This document shows, piece after piece, positions 9,105-18,691 of a stretch of 64,000 bases of DNA. The stretch spans positions 5,090-69,089 of the IMG/VR virus record IMGVR_UViG_3300020120_000084. One strand, given 5' to 3'. The DNA comes from a virus (Duplodnaviria; Caudoviricetes). A model generated the notes under the pieces. That model did not search any database, was not told the origin of the DNA, and saw only the letters and a program-made list of their open reading frames with translations. Each line of letters opens with the position of its first letter. Positions within the stretch are counted from its first letter, which is position 1. Made by a program: the position numbers and the translations under genes.

Positions 9105-10238
9105 ATGACAAGCACCGCACTCGACCTCAACCACCACCCGGCCACGGCCCTGGCCATCCAGCCCGGCCAGATCGCGTGGGACCGCACCCAGCTCGCCGCG
9201 CTCAGTCAGCTCGGGCTGGAGGATGCAGGCGACGGCGACCGGGCCGTGTTCCTGCACGTCTGCCAGCGCACCGGCCTCGACCCGTTCGCCCGGCAGATCT
9301 ACATGATCGGCCGCAACGAGAAGGTGCCCGGCACGCGCGACCAGTGGCGCAAGAAGTGGACGATCCAGACCGGCATCGACGGGTTCCGGGTCAACCGCTC
9401 ACGCGCCGAGAAGGACGCCGGAGTACGCGGCATCCTCGGCCGCGCGCTGTTCTACGACCACGAGGGCAACGAGTACAGGGTCTGGGTCCAGCCCCGGCCG
9501 CCTGTCGCCTGCGAGATCACCTACACCGTCAGGGACCCCGGCGGCGGCGAGACACCCTACACGTCCGTGCTGCGGTTCGCCGAGTACGTCCAGGTCAAGG
9601 ACGGCAACCCCATCGCCCAGTGGGCCACCAAGCCCGCCCACATGCTCGAGAAGTGCACCGAGGCCGACGTGTACCGCAAGGCGTTCCCGCAGGACTTCAG
9701 CGGCATCTACCTCGACGACGCCATGCCCCCGCAGGAGGACGCGCCGCCCGCCCCGCCGCGCGGCCGGGTCACCGCCGGCGAGATCGTCAGCCGGCAAGAA
9801 CCTGCGGCGGAGGATGACACCCTTCCCGGGTCCGGGCGTGCCGTCGCCGGGGACGAGGCCCGGGCCGCCGCCGGCGAGGTGCGGACGCAGACGGACCCCA
9901 GGGCTGCCGGGGCTGCCTCTCCTCGGGGTGCGCAGCCGCCTCCGCCGCAGCCCGAAGACGGCCCGCGGCCGCCGGCCCGCGCCACCACCGGGCAGCTCAG
10001 CATGCTCGGCCAGCGGCTCGGCAAGCTCGGCGTCGAAGACGAGAACCGGCTTGGCACCCTGGAGAAGCTCGCCGGGCGCGACCCCGGCGATCCGCAGATC
10101 AGCAAGCCGGCCGACCTCACCCAGGACGAGGCCGCGCACATCAGGGGACTGCTCGACCGGTGCAACGGCGACCGGGGCGCCCTCGTCGAGCTGCTCGCCA
10201 CCGGCCAGCTGCCCGAAGCGGGTGACGGCGATGACTGA
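9105..10238 (+). CDS. bet: Bet/RecT-family single-strand annealing protein
   Basis: FLHVCQRTGLDPFARQIY, IQTGIDGFR, QWATKPAHMLEKCTEA...RKAFP. Confidence 0.9.
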   Translation: MTSTALDLNHHPATALAIQPGQIAWDRTQLAALSQLGLEDAGDGDRAVFLHVCQRTGLDPFARQIYMIGRNEKVPGTRDQWRKKWTIQTGIDGFRVNRSRAEKDAGVRGILGRALFYDHEGNEYRVWVQPRPPVACEITYTVRDPGGGETPYTSVLRFAEYVQVKDGNPIAQWATKPAHMLEKCTEADVYRKAFPQDFSGIYLDDAMPPQEDAPPAPPRGRVTAGEIVSRQEPAAEDDTLPGSGRAVAGDEARAAAGEVRTQTDPRAAGAASPRGAQPPPPQPEDGPRPPARATTGQLSMLGQRLGKLGVEDENRLGTLEKLAGRDPGDPQISKPADLTQDEAAHIRGLLDRCNGDRGALVELLATGQLPEAGDGDD

Positions 10239-10491
10239 CGACCCGCACGTCCGCGAGGTCGGCCGCATCGACTGGGAGGCCGGCGATGGCGTCGCCGGGA
10301 TCCCGCTGCAGGTCGGCGTGGACTACGACACCGTCACCATCGGCTGCGGCGCCATCCGCTGGCGGCTCACCGCCGCGCAGCTGGAGGAGCTCGCGCAGCT
10401 GATCGTCTCCGCCACGTGGGAGGCGGCCGCGCACCAGGGCAGCAAGCTGGGTCAGCTAGAGGCTGCGGCGGCGGCGGGCGGTGCGCCGTGA
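10231..10491 (+). CDS. hypothetical protein
   Basis: Coupled ORF, GC3-rich. Confidence 0.65.
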   Translation: MTDDPHVREVGRIDWEAGDGVAGIPLQVGVDYDTVTIGCGAIRWRLTAAQLEELAQLIVSATWEAAAHQGSKLGQLEAAAAAGGAP

Positions 10492-10730
10492 ACGCCGCCT
10501 GCCTCCGCCGCACCGCCGCCACCCGCGCCGCCAGGACCCTCCTCGCCGCAGCCGTACCCGCCGCCTGGGCCATCGGCCGCGCCCGCGCCGCCATCCTCCG
10601 CGCACGGTGGGCCTGGCGCTGCCGCGGCAACCCCCCCGTCCGCGATGAGGGCGGCGAGAAGCTGAGCCGCGAGGAGTTCCAGGTCCTCGGCAACCTCGCC
10701 GCCGGCCGCGACGTGAGGGCCAGGACATGA
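10488..10730 (+). CDS. hypothetical protein
   Basis: GTGA coupling. Confidence 0.55.
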   Translation: MNAACLRRTAATRAARTLLAAAVPAAWAIGRARAAILRARWAWRCRGNPPVRDEGGEKLSREEFQVLGNLAAGRDVRART

Positions 10731-10906
10731 GCCCCCACTTCCTCGCCGTCGCCCTGGCCGTGTACGCCGCCTGCGCCGTGACCGGCATCCTGCCCGCCGC
10801 GGTGCTCGCCGCGCGGGCGCGGCAGCCGGTCCTGGCCGCCTTCGCCATCGCCGTCGGGCTGTTCACCGCGGCGGTCCTCGCCTGGGCCGGGGCGGACCTG
10901 TGGTGA
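10727..10906 (+). CDS. small two-TM membrane protein
   Basis: MSPHFLAVALAVYAACAVTGILPAAVL...; ATGA coupling. Confidence 0.55.
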   Translation: MSPHFLAVALAVYAACAVTGILPAAVLAARARQPVLAAFAIAVGLFTAAVLAWAGADLW

Positions 10907-11060
10907 GCAAGCTGCCGGCCGGGGCCAGGGCTGGGCTCAGCGCGGCCCCGGCCGGGTAACGCACGACGCGCCGGCATGCCGCGCACAACGCATGCCGCCT
11001 GGCGCAGGGGACGGGAGCCGGTTCGACACCGGCCGCCAGGACGTGACAGGAACAGGACGC

Positions 11061-11606
11061 ATGAGCCGCCGGGAGGCGCTGCAGATGGCCCGGGCACTTC
11101 CCACGAAATACCCAAAGGACCACGGGATCCTTTACCGCTCGCGCGGCGAGGCGCGCTGGGCGGTGTTCTTCGACCGGCTCGGAATCGTGTTCGACTATGA
11201 ATATCAGGGATTCGCCACGGGCCGCGAAGCGTACCTTCCGGATTTCCTGCTGGCTGGCCAGGCTCTATGGGCCGAGGTAAAGCCGTCTGTTGACGCGGAC
11301 CCTGACGGGGTAGCGAAGCTCAGGAACTTCATCGCGGCCCGGAGACTTGAACGCGGCGTAGTCCTCACCTCCCTGCAACCCGGCGAGATGACGTTCCTGC
11401 TCATGGGGCCAGACGGCCATGGCGATACATGGGATGACGACCGCGCTACCTGGCTGACGTGCCCGGACGGCTACCACTACGATGTCCAGCCGGTTCCTGA
11501 GCGAGGCTGCCGCCATTGCCCGAGGGAAGGCGACTACTGGTATTACGCCGAAAAGATCGAGGAGGCGTCCGCGTTCGCGCGTTCATTCCGTTTCGACCGG
11601 CGGTGA
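11061..11606 (+). CDS. PD-(D/E)xK nuclease-fold protein
   Basis: YRSRGEARWAVFFD...YEYQGF...YLPDF...WAEVKP; codon usage less GC3-biased than neighbours. Confidence 0.8.
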   Translation: MSRREALQMARALPTKYPKDHGILYRSRGEARWAVFFDRLGIVFDYEYQGFATGREAYLPDFLLAGQALWAEVKPSVDADPDGVAKLRNFIAARRLERGVVLTSLQPGEMTFLLMGPDGHGDTWDDDRATWLTCPDGYHYDVQPVPERGCRHCPREGDYWYYAEKIEEASAFARSFRFDRR

Positions 11607-11609
11607 TCG

Positions 11610-13709
11610 GTGGATGATGCGCTTGAGCTCGTACTCGGGAAGCTGGACGGCGTCCGCCAGCACGGCGGCTACTGGATGGCCCGGTGCCCCGCCCATGACG
11701 ACAACGAGGCAAGCCTGTCCGTCGCGCGCGGGACAGAGCAGCCGGTCGTCTTCAAATGCCACGCCGGATGCGACCGCGACCTCATCCTCGACGCCCTCGG
11801 ACTCACCCTCGCCGACGTCAGCAACCCGCGCGAGGGTGACGGCAGCAGCTCCTGGCGCGGCGACCCGATCATCGCCACCTACGACTACGCCGATGAGCAC
11901 GGCAAGCTGCTGTTCCAGGTCTGCCGGACCGCGGGCAAGCAGTTCCCGCAGCGGCGACCGGACCCTTCAGCGAAATCCGGGTGGGCGTGGAAGCTCGGCC
12001 GCACCCGGCGCGTCCCCTACCGGCTGGCAAAGCTCATCGCCGCCGTCGCCGCGGGCCGTCTCATCTACATCACCGAAGGCGAGAAAGACGTCCACGCCAT
12101 TGAGGCCGCAGGCGGCGTGGCCACCACCAGTCCCGGCGGCGCCGGTAAATGGCGGGTCGAATACGACAGCTGGTTCGCCGGAGCCGATGTCATCATCATC
12201 GCCGACCGCGACGAGCCCGGGCGGGCCCACGCCCGCACCGTCAGGGAGCACCTGCAGCCCGTCGCCCGCACCGTGGCCGTGTTCGAGGCCGCCGAAGGCA
12301 AGGACGCCGCCGACCACCTCGCCTCCGGGCACAGCCTCGCCGAGTTCATCCACTCCGGGACCGGGCAGCCCCCGCCGCCCGCGGAACTGTGGGACGGCGC
12401 CCGGATCCTCGACGGCGTATACGCCTTCCTCGGCCGGTTCGTCGCCTACCCCTCCGAGGCCGCCCACGTCGCCCACGCCCTGTGGTGCGCCCACGCCCAC
12501 TTCATGGACACCTGGGACTCCACGCCCCGCATCGCGTTCCTGTCCCCTGAGCCGGGGTCCGGCAAGACCCGCGCCCTGGAGGCCACTGAGCTCCTCGTCC
12601 CCCGGCCCGTCGAGGCCATCAACACCACCCCCGCCTACCTGTTCCGCAAGGTGTCCGACCCGGACGGGGCGCCCACCATCCTCTACGACGAGATCGACAC
12701 CCTGTTCGGCCCCAAGGCCAAGGACAACGAGGAGATCCGCGGCATGCTCAACGCCGGCCACCGCCGCGGCGCCATGGCCGGCCGGTGCGTCGTCAAGGGG
12801 AAGATAGTGGAGACCGAGGAGCTGCCCGCCTACTGCGCAGTCGCCATGGCCGGGCTCGGTGACCTCCCCGACACGCTGCTGTCCCGCTCCGCCATCATCC
12901 GCATGCGGCGCCGCGCGCCCGGCGAGACCGTCGAGCCGTTCCGCCGCCGCGCCTGCAAGGACGAGGGCCATGCGCTGGCCGCGCAGCTCGCCGCGTGGGC
13001 GGCCGCCGCGTCACCGCAGATGGAGGGCGTGTGGCCGGAACTCCCGGACGGGATCGTAGACCGCGACGCCGACGTGTGGGAGGCGCTGATCGCGGTCGGC
13101 GATGCCGCCGGCGGCAACTGGGGCGAGCGCGCCCGGGTAGCGGCTGTAGCGCTTGTAGCGGATTCTAAGGCAGCCAGTCCCAGCCTCGGCATCCGGCTGC
13201 TCGCCGACCTCCGGGAGGTCTTCGGCGACGCCGAGGCCATGTCGGGCGAGGAGATCCTGACCGCCTTGCACGGCCTGGAGGAAGCACCCTGGTCTGACCT
13301 GCGGGGAAAGCCGCTGAACGCCCGCGGTCTCGCCTCCCGGCTCCGCCAGTACGGGGTCAGGTCCGTCAATGTCCGCATCGGCGGCTCGGTCCCCAAGGGC
13401 TACCGCCGGGAGGACCTGCACGACCCGTGGTCCCGGTACCTGCCGCCTGTAGCGGATAAACCTTCTCAATCCGCTACAGCGTCCGCTCCATCCGCTACAC
13501 AATCATCAAACGGCCAGCTCACATACCCCCCCCCGTATACAGATCAGGCTTCAGGACCGGCTACCTATAGTCCCGCTACATCCGCTACATGCAAAGTGTG
13601 CGGCCTCCCGCTCGATAAGGCGCTCATCGCCATGGGGGACGTCACGCATCCCGGCTGCGACCCAGTGCCCTGGCCGCCCGGGACCATCGGCGAAGGAGCA
13701 TCCGAATGA
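11610..13709 (+). CDS. replicase: Zn-binding + TOPRIM primase fused to DUF3631-type ATPase/helicase region
   Basis: MARCPAHDD, TEGEKDV, IIADRDEPG, KDAADH (TOPRIM); SPEPGSGKT, DEIDT, LNAGH, WRPL-like WEALIAV, GIRLLADLREVF. Confidence 0.85.
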   Translation: MDDALELVLGKLDGVRQHGGYWMARCPAHDDNEASLSVARGTEQPVVFKCHAGCDRDLILDALGLTLADVSNPREGDGSSSWRGDPIIATYDYADEHGKLLFQVCRTAGKQFPQRRPDPSAKSGWAWKLGRTRRVPYRLAKLIAAVAAGRLIYITEGEKDVHAIEAAGGVATTSPGGAGKWRVEYDSWFAGADVIIIADRDEPGRAHARTVREHLQPVARTVAVFEAAEGKDAADHLASGHSLAEFIHSGTGQPPPPAELWDGARILDGVYAFLGRFVAYPSEAAHVAHALWCAHAHFMDTWDSTPRIAFLSPEPGSGKTRALEATELLVPRPVEAINTTPAYLFRKVSDPDGAPTILYDEIDTLFGPKAKDNEEIRGMLNAGHRRGAMAGRCVVKGKIVETEELPAYCAVAMAGLGDLPDTLLSRSAIIRMRRRAPGETVEPFRRRACKDEGHALAAQLAAWAAAASPQMEGVWPELPDGIVDRDADVWEALIAVGDAAGGNWGERARVAAVALVADSKAASPSLGIRLLADLREVFGDAEAMSGEEILTALHGLEEAPWSDLRGKPLNARGLASRLRQYGVRSVNVRIGGSVPKGYRREDLHDPWSRYLPPVADKPSQSATASAPSATQSSNGQLTYPPPYTDQASGPATYSPATSATCKVCGLPLDKALIAMGDVTHPGCDPVPWPPGTIGEGASE
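13137..13589. repeat. iteron-like (A)TCCGCTACA / TGTAGCG(GA) repeats, putative replication origin inside the replicase 3' end
   Basis: GTAGCG x3 at 13137-13162; TGTAGCGGAT/ATCCGCTACA IR at 13448-13478; further copies at 13490, 13573, 13580; locally AT-richer. Confidence 0.6.
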
Positions 13710-13785
13710 AAAACAGACCGGGGACGGAGAAGCGCGGCGCGGCGATGGCCCGCCAGCTGCTCGGCTACGAGGGCGGCGACGCCGC

Positions 13786-14043
13786 GTGACCGCCGCGAGC
13801 GAGGTCCGGGCCGCGTTCACCGACCTGGTCCGGATGCAGGTGTGCGAGCTGGTCATCCCGTCCGGCGGCCGGGTGTACCCGCGGCCCGGCGAGGCGAAGA
13901 TCGGCGTCGCTCATCCGGGATGCCCGGTCATCGCGGACCTGGAAGTCGGGCTGGACGCGTTCTGGTGCCCGCAGTGCCAGTGGAACGGCCGGGTGTCCGG
14001 CGCGTGGTGCGCGGACCTGATCCGCGCGGCGGTGACCGCGTGA
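13786..14043 (+). CDS. hypothetical Zn-ribbon protein
   Basis: HPGCP...FWCPQCQWNG. Confidence 0.65.
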   Translation: MTAASEVRAAFTDLVRMQVCELVIPSGGRVYPRPGEAKIGVAHPGCPVIADLEVGLDAFWCPQCQWNGRVSGAWCADLIRAAVTA

Positions 14044-14363
14044 CCGCCGTCCTGGCCGTGATCGGCCGCGCCGTCGCCTACGTGACCCTCGGCCTGGCCG
14101 CCCTCGCGGGCATGCTCTGGGCAGCTCTCAGCCCGCTGCCGCCCGTGCCGGCGGTGCGGCTCGCGGTCATGTTCGTGACGTTTTCCGGCTCCGGCGTGGC
14201 GCTGGAATGGCTCGGGAAACGACGCCGGAAGGGGCGCGCGATGAGCGACGGACCGGGCCTGGCGTGCCCCGGCTGCGGAAGCCCGGACGTGGACCTCCGG
14301 CGGGGGCTGCTCTGCGGGACATGCGCGGAAGCCGCCGCTGCGGAGGGAGACCGTGATGGGTAA
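14040..14363 (+). CDS. membrane protein with C-terminal CxxC motifs
   Basis: Two TMs, CPGCG...CGTC; coupled. Confidence 0.55.
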   Translation: MTAVLAVIGRAVAYVTLGLAALAGMLWAALSPLPPVPAVRLAVMFVTFSGSGVALEWLGKRRRKGRAMSDGPGLACPGCGSPDVDLRRGLLCGTCAEAAAAEGDRDG

Positions 14364-14934
14364 CCGCATGTCGTGGTGGGCGTACGCCGCGTTCGCGGTC
14401 TACGTCGCCGCGATCGTCGCCTCGAACTGGATGATTGGCCACGTGGGCATCCCGACGGTGCCGGGTGGCCCGCACCTGACCCCGGTCGGGTTCGGGCTGT
14501 ACGCGCCGTCCGGGGTGTGGGCGGCGGCGGTGAGCTTCCCGGCCCGTGACGTGACCCAGCGGCTCGGCGGCCGGTGGCTCGGCGTCGCGGCCATCGTGGT
14601 GGGAGCTGGCGTGTCGTACCTGATCGCCGACCCGCGCATCGCTGTCGCGTCAGGGGTTACCTACCTGTGCTCTGAGGCCGCCGACATGGCCGTCTACACG
14701 CCGCTGCAGCGCCGCTGGTTCGTCCCGGCCGTGTTCGCGTCGGGGTGCGTGGCGATCGTCGTGGACTCGGTCCTGTTCCTGCACTTGGCCGGGCTGCCGT
14801 CCGGCGCGGCGGCCGTCGCGGGGCTGGTCCTCGGGAAGTTCTGGGTGCAGCTCGCGGCGGTCCCCGTGGCGTGGTCGCTGCGCCGCAGCGGGCCCGTAGC
14901 CGTCACTAGCCGCCCGGAAGCGAGTCCGGCATGA
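14356..14934 (+). CDS. yhhQ: VUT/YhhQ-family 7-deazaguanine (preQ0/preQ1) transporter
   Basis: Multi-TM; SNW, PVGFGL.AP.GV, RD.TQ, RIAVAS..TYL.SE..D..VYTPL, VDS.LFL..AG, GK.W motifs. Confidence 0.8.
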   Translation: MGNRMSWWAYAAFAVYVAAIVASNWMIGHVGIPTVPGGPHLTPVGFGLYAPSGVWAAAVSFPARDVTQRLGGRWLGVAAIVVGAGVSYLIADPRIAVASGVTYLCSEAADMAVYTPLQRRWFVPAVFASGCVAIVVDSVLFLHLAGLPSGAAAVAGLVLGKFWVQLAAVPVAWSLRRSGPVAVTSRPEASPA

Positions 14935-15233
14935 TCATCATCCGCATGCCCGTCGCCAAGCGCTGCCCCTACGCGGCCGAACTCGACGCCGGCGAGCTCA
15001 CCATCACCCTGCCCGGCGACGCCCCCGAACTGCATGGCCTCGCCAGGCAGATCGGCACGCTGGGCCGCGACGGTCTCGTCGGGATCAGCCATGAGGAGTT
15101 CAGCCGGCAGGTTCTCGGCCTGCTGCCGCGCCCCGCACTGGTAGTGACCCGCTGGCGTACCGGCCCGTGGGACGTGGAGGTGCGAGACGGCGATGATCTA
15201 CTTCGCGAACCCGTCGAACTCGCGAGTGCGTGA
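14931..15233 (+). CDS. QueF-like / T-fold small protein
   Basis: CPY..ELD.G.LTI...EL..L.....ISHEE resembles QueF CP...D...EL..L...HE pattern. Confidence 0.65.
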   Translation: MIIIRMPVAKRCPYAAELDAGELTITLPGDAPELHGLARQIGTLGRDGLVGISHEEFSRQVLGLLPRPALVVTRWRTGPWDVEVRDGDDLLREPVELASA

Positions 15234-15852
15234 CGCCATGACGGCGGGGCTCCTCGGCGCGATTACCACCCCGGCGCAGGGAAACAAGATCGGCGGCCTG
15301 CCGCTGTGGTGCGCTGACAACGGCTGCGGGCCGGGCGTGCGAGGCATCGGCAAGGGTTACCCCGGTGACGAGGCGTGGCTGGCGTGGCTCGCTGAGTTGG
15401 CCCCGCACGCCTCCCGCTGCGCGTTCGCGGTCGCGCCCGACGTCGTAGGCCACGCAGCGGCGACGATCGAGCGGTCGCTGCCGTTCCTGCCCGTGATCCG
15501 GGCCATGGGCTACCCGGCCGCGTTCGTCGCCCAGAACGGCCAGGACCGCCTGCCGGTCCCGTGGGATGAGTTCGACGTGCTGTTCAACGGCGGCGACGAC
15601 GAGTGGAAGCTGGGCGAGCCCATGGGACGCCTGGCCGCTGAGGCTAAGGCGCGCGGCAAGCGGCTGCACATGGGCCGGGTCAACTCGCTGAAGCGGATGC
15701 GTCACGCCCGCGCCCGCGCCTACGACAGCTGCGACGGGACGTTCATCCGCTTCGGCCCGGACATCCGGCTGCCCGAAGCGCTCGGATGGCTACGGGACGC
15801 CAACGATCAAGGGATGCTATGGGAGGCGTCGTTATGGGTGACGACCTGCTGA
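15193..15852 (+). CDS. dpdA: TGT-fold DpdA-like 7-deazaguanine DNA transglycosylase
   Basis: WCADNG, AVAPDVVG, VAQNG, FNGG, LHMGRVNS, DSCDGT TGT-like motifs; next to yhhQ and QueF-like genes. Confidence 0.7.
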   Translation: MIYFANPSNSRVRDAMTAGLLGAITTPAQGNKIGGLPLWCADNGCGPGVRGIGKGYPGDEAWLAWLAELAPHASRCAFAVAPDVVGHAAATIERSLPFLPVIRAMGYPAAFVAQNGQDRLPVPWDEFDVLFNGGDDEWKLGEPMGRLAAEAKARGKRLHMGRVNSLKRMRHARARAYDSCDGTFIRFGPDIRLPEALGWLRDANDQGMLWEASLWVTTC

Positions 15853-16040
15853 ACGGCCGGCCGGCCACGGACTTCGAGCTCGCCGCGGTCGAGCACGGCC
15901 GCAAGTGCGAGCTCGACCGGGACGCGGAGGTCGTCGCGGGGCTGCTGTCGGAGTACCCGCGGGCCGAGCTGCCGGCGGGCCGGCCGAGGCATGTGACGGA
16001 CCTCGAGGTGGACTTCGCCACCGCCAGGAGACGGCCGTGA
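15834..16040 (+). CDS. hypothetical protein
   Basis: Coupled ORF. Confidence 0.55.
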   Translation: MGDDLLNGRPATDFELAAVEHGRKCELDRDAEVVAGLLSEYPRAELPAGRPRHVTDLEVDFATARRRP

Positions 16041-16237
16041 CGCGCCTCGGCCGGCTCTTCCCGGACCCGGACGCGGACCGTGCCGCGAGGCTCCGCGCGG
16101 CGCACGGGAAGGTGAGGCTGTACCGGGAGGCGGGCTGCGAGGTCCCGGCCCGGCTGGCGCTGCTGGAGAGCGAGTACCGCCGCTGGCGCAGGAGGGTGCG
16201 GTCCGGCCGGGCTGCGGAGGTGCCCCGTGCCGCGTGA
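16037..16237 (+). CDS. hypothetical protein
   Basis: GTGA coupling. Confidence 0.55.
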   Translation: MTRLGRLFPDPDADRAARLRAAHGKVRLYREAGCEVPARLALLESEYRRWRRRVRSGRAAEVPRAA

Positions 16238-16514
16238 CCCGTCCGTGAATCCGAACCGGGGCTCGCCTGACGTCCTGCACGGCGGAGAGCCCCGGCTGAC
16301 GCAGGAAGAGATCGCGGCGGCACTTGCCGCGAGCCGGGCTGAGCATTCAGCCCTGGCAGCCGAGGACGCGTTCCTTACCGCGCTGCTGGCGGGCAGCGGG
16401 CGGCTGGTGCTGCCCGGCGGAGGGCTGGCATTCCACGGCCAGGGTGCTTATGCCACGATCCGCTACGCGTCAGGCGCGGGCCGGTGGCGGCTGACGCTGG
16501 AGCGTGCGGCGTGA
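16227..16514 (+). CDS. hypothetical protein
   Basis: ORF in early operon. Confidence 0.5.
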   Translation: MPRDPSVNPNRGSPDVLHGGEPRLTQEEIAAALAASRAEHSALAAEDAFLTALLAGSGRLVLPGGGLAFHGQGAYATIRYASGAGRWRLTLERAA

Positions 16515-16547
16515 CGGGCCGCCCGGAGGCGCTCGCCGGGTGGCGTC

Positions 16548-16709
16548 ATGCAGCCTGACGACGGCTACCCGGAGGGCTGGCGGGAGCAGGGCTGGTGCTG
16601 CCGGGAGTGCGCGGTGACGGCCTGGCGGCTGGCGCAGGCGATGGGGCTGGCGGGGGCGTACGGCACGACCGCCGGCGCGCTCCCCGACGGGGAGGTACCC
16701 GGTGGCTGA
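16548..16709 (+). CDS. small hypothetical protein (53 aa)
   Basis: MQPDDGYPEGWREQGWCCREC...; overlaps MTase start. Confidence 0.45.
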   Translation: MQPDDGYPEGWREQGWCCRECAVTAWRLAQAMGLAGAYGTTAGALPDGEVPGG

Positions 16710-18111
16710 GCCGTACTACGCCGACGAGGACGTGACGCTGTACCTGGGGGACTGCCTGGCCGTGCTGCCGGGGCTGCCTGACTGCTCGGTTGACGCGGTC
16801 GTGACGGACCCGCCCTACGGCCTCGAGTTCATGGGTCGCGAGTGGGATTCGTTCAAGCCGTCTGCTGCACGGGTCCGCACAAGGGTTGACGGGCGCACGA
16901 ACCCGGTTGAGGGCAAGTCGGTCACGGCGACGCCGGAGGCGTACATCGCAGGGCAGCCATTCCAGCGCTGGTGCGAGGCGTGGGCGGCCGAATGCCTGCG
17001 GGTGCTGAAGCCGGGCGGCTGGCTGCTGGCGTTCGGCGGGACGCGCACGTCTCACCGCCTCGTCTGCGGCATCGAGGACGCCGGGTTCGAGATCCGCGAC
17101 TCCACGGCGGACCTGACCGGCTATGACGCGCCGGGCCTGATGTGGGTGTACGGGTCGGGGTTCCCGAAGTCGCGGGACGTGTCCAAGGCCATCGACAAAG
17201 CGGCCGGGGCAGAGCGTGAGGTGGTCGGCCGCTATAAGCACCCTGACCGCGATGATGACTGGTCCAGCTATCCGTCGTGCTCAGCAGTCAAGCCGAGCAA
17301 GGACGCCTACGGCGATTTCGCGGGCCGTGTCATGGACGTCACCGCTCCCGCCACGGAGGACGCGGCCCGCTGGGAAGGCTGGGGGACGGCGCTGAAACCC
17401 GGCTGGGAGCCGATCGCGGTGGCCCGCAAGCCGCTTGCCGGGACGGTGGCGCAGAACGTGCTGGCGTACGGCACGGGCGCGCTGAACGTCAACGGGTGCC
17501 GCGTGGAGACAGCCGACAACCTCAGTGGCGGCGCGCACGCCCGCAACGGCTCCGAACGGCACGACGGGGCGGAGAACTGGCGCTTCAGGATCGGCGGCGC
17601 GGGCGAATATGAGCAGCCGTCAGGCCGCTGGCCGCCGAACGTCGTGCTGGGCGAGGAAGCCGCAGCCGAGCTAGACCGCCAGAGCGGGGTGCTGCAGGGC
17701 GGCGGTCGCCTTGATGCGGCGGGTATCAAGGCAGAAAACAAGATTTACGGTAGACGCCCTGAAGCGCGGAATGGCATTTGGGAGAGGGACATCGGCGGCG
17801 CGTCCCGGTTCTTCCCCGTCTTCCGCTACGAGGCCAAGGCTCCCGCGTCCGAGCGGCCCCGCCTGCCCGACGGCACCGCGCACCCCACCGTCAAGCCGGT
17901 CGGCCTGATGGCGTGGCTCGTGCGGCTCGTCACGCCGCCCGGGGGTCTGGTCCTGGACCCGTTCGCGGGCTCCGGCGCGACCGCCGAGGCGTGCATCGTC
18001 GAGGGGTTCCGCTGCGTCCTGATCGAGCAGGACCCGCCGTCCGCCGAGCTGATCAAGACGCGGCTGGCCAAGCCGATCCAGCCGGTCATGTTCGGGCTGG
18101 AGGCGGGGTGA
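16702..18111 (+). CDS. N6-adenine/N4-cytosine DNA methyltransferase (beta class), orphan
   Basis: VTDPPY catalytic motif N-terminal, HPTVKP and LVLDPFAGSG SAM motif C-terminal. Confidence 0.92.
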   Translation: MAEPYYADEDVTLYLGDCLAVLPGLPDCSVDAVVTDPPYGLEFMGREWDSFKPSAARVRTRVDGRTNPVEGKSVTATPEAYIAGQPFQRWCEAWAAECLRVLKPGGWLLAFGGTRTSHRLVCGIEDAGFEIRDSTADLTGYDAPGLMWVYGSGFPKSRDVSKAIDKAAGAEREVVGRYKHPDRDDDWSSYPSCSAVKPSKDAYGDFAGRVMDVTAPATEDAARWEGWGTALKPGWEPIAVARKPLAGTVAQNVLAYGTGALNVNGCRVETADNLSGGAHARNGSERHDGAENWRFRIGGAGEYEQPSGRWPPNVVLGEEAAAELDRQSGVLQGGGRLDAAGIKAENKIYGRRPEARNGIWERDIGGASRFFPVFRYEAKAPASERPRLPDGTAHPTVKPVGLMAWLVRLVTPPGGLVLDPFAGSGATAEACIVEGFRCVLIEQDPPSAELIKTRLAKPIQPVMFGLEAG

Positions 18112-18117
18112 TCCCGT

Positions 18118-18358
18118 TGACCGCAACGCTGACAGCAACCGGGAACATGGACTCCAGTGGACAGGAGCCGACATGAGTGCCTTTACCTGGGTTTTCCGCA
18201 CTGTAGTCCACTGCTGTCCGTCGTTGCCTACGACTACGGATCAGAAGGCTGGGGGTTCGAATCCCTCCGAGCGCGCCACGCTGACCAGCGGAAATACTAC
18301 GGGTGCTGACCTTCTGACGGGTTGCGGTCGGTTGAATGACCGCAACCGTGACAGCAAC
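18118..18358. other. attP: tRNA-Arg(ACG) 3'-half core with integrase arm-type repeats on both sides
   Basis: Core GACTACGGATCAGAAGGCTGGGGGTTCGAATCCCTCCGAGCGCGCCA (18232-18278); TGACCGCAAC-nn-TGACAGCAAC at 18118-18139 and 18337-18358; inverted GTTGCGGTC at 18321. Confidence 0.85.
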
Positions 18359-18484
18359 CGGCGGCGGTCATGAGCGCGTGGCAGCCGTGCGGGCGCAGGG
18401 CGACGCCACGAGGAGGCGGATGCGTCGTGACCGATTCCAGTACCGTCGGCCCGCTGCCCGCGCCGGGCGAATGGGACATCAGGT

Positions 18485-18691
18485 ATGCGTGATCATGTTC
18501 GATGCCCGCACTGCGGGGGTTGCCTGACCTGTCGAATCCACACTGCGAGCATTGCCTGCGGCGGGACATTGAAGTCCCGGCGCGACGAGAATCTTCCGCT
18601 CGTGCTGTCGATTGCGTGCGCAGAGTGGCGGCACGATGAGTGCGATACGTTCCGGTGCGACTGTCAGCATCACAGGAGGCCGACCTCATGA
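18485..18691 (+). CDS. Cys/His-rich hypothetical protein
   Basis: CPHCGGC, LSIAC...H..C....CDC.HH. Confidence 0.5.
   Translation: MRDHVRCPHCGGCLTCRIHTASIACGGTLKSRRDENLPLVLSIACAEWRHDECDTFRCDCQHHRRPTS

Noticed and set aside
18232-18278. Functional tRNA-Arg gene
   Set aside because: Only the anticodon loop to CCA is present; the upstream sequence cannot form the acceptor or D stems
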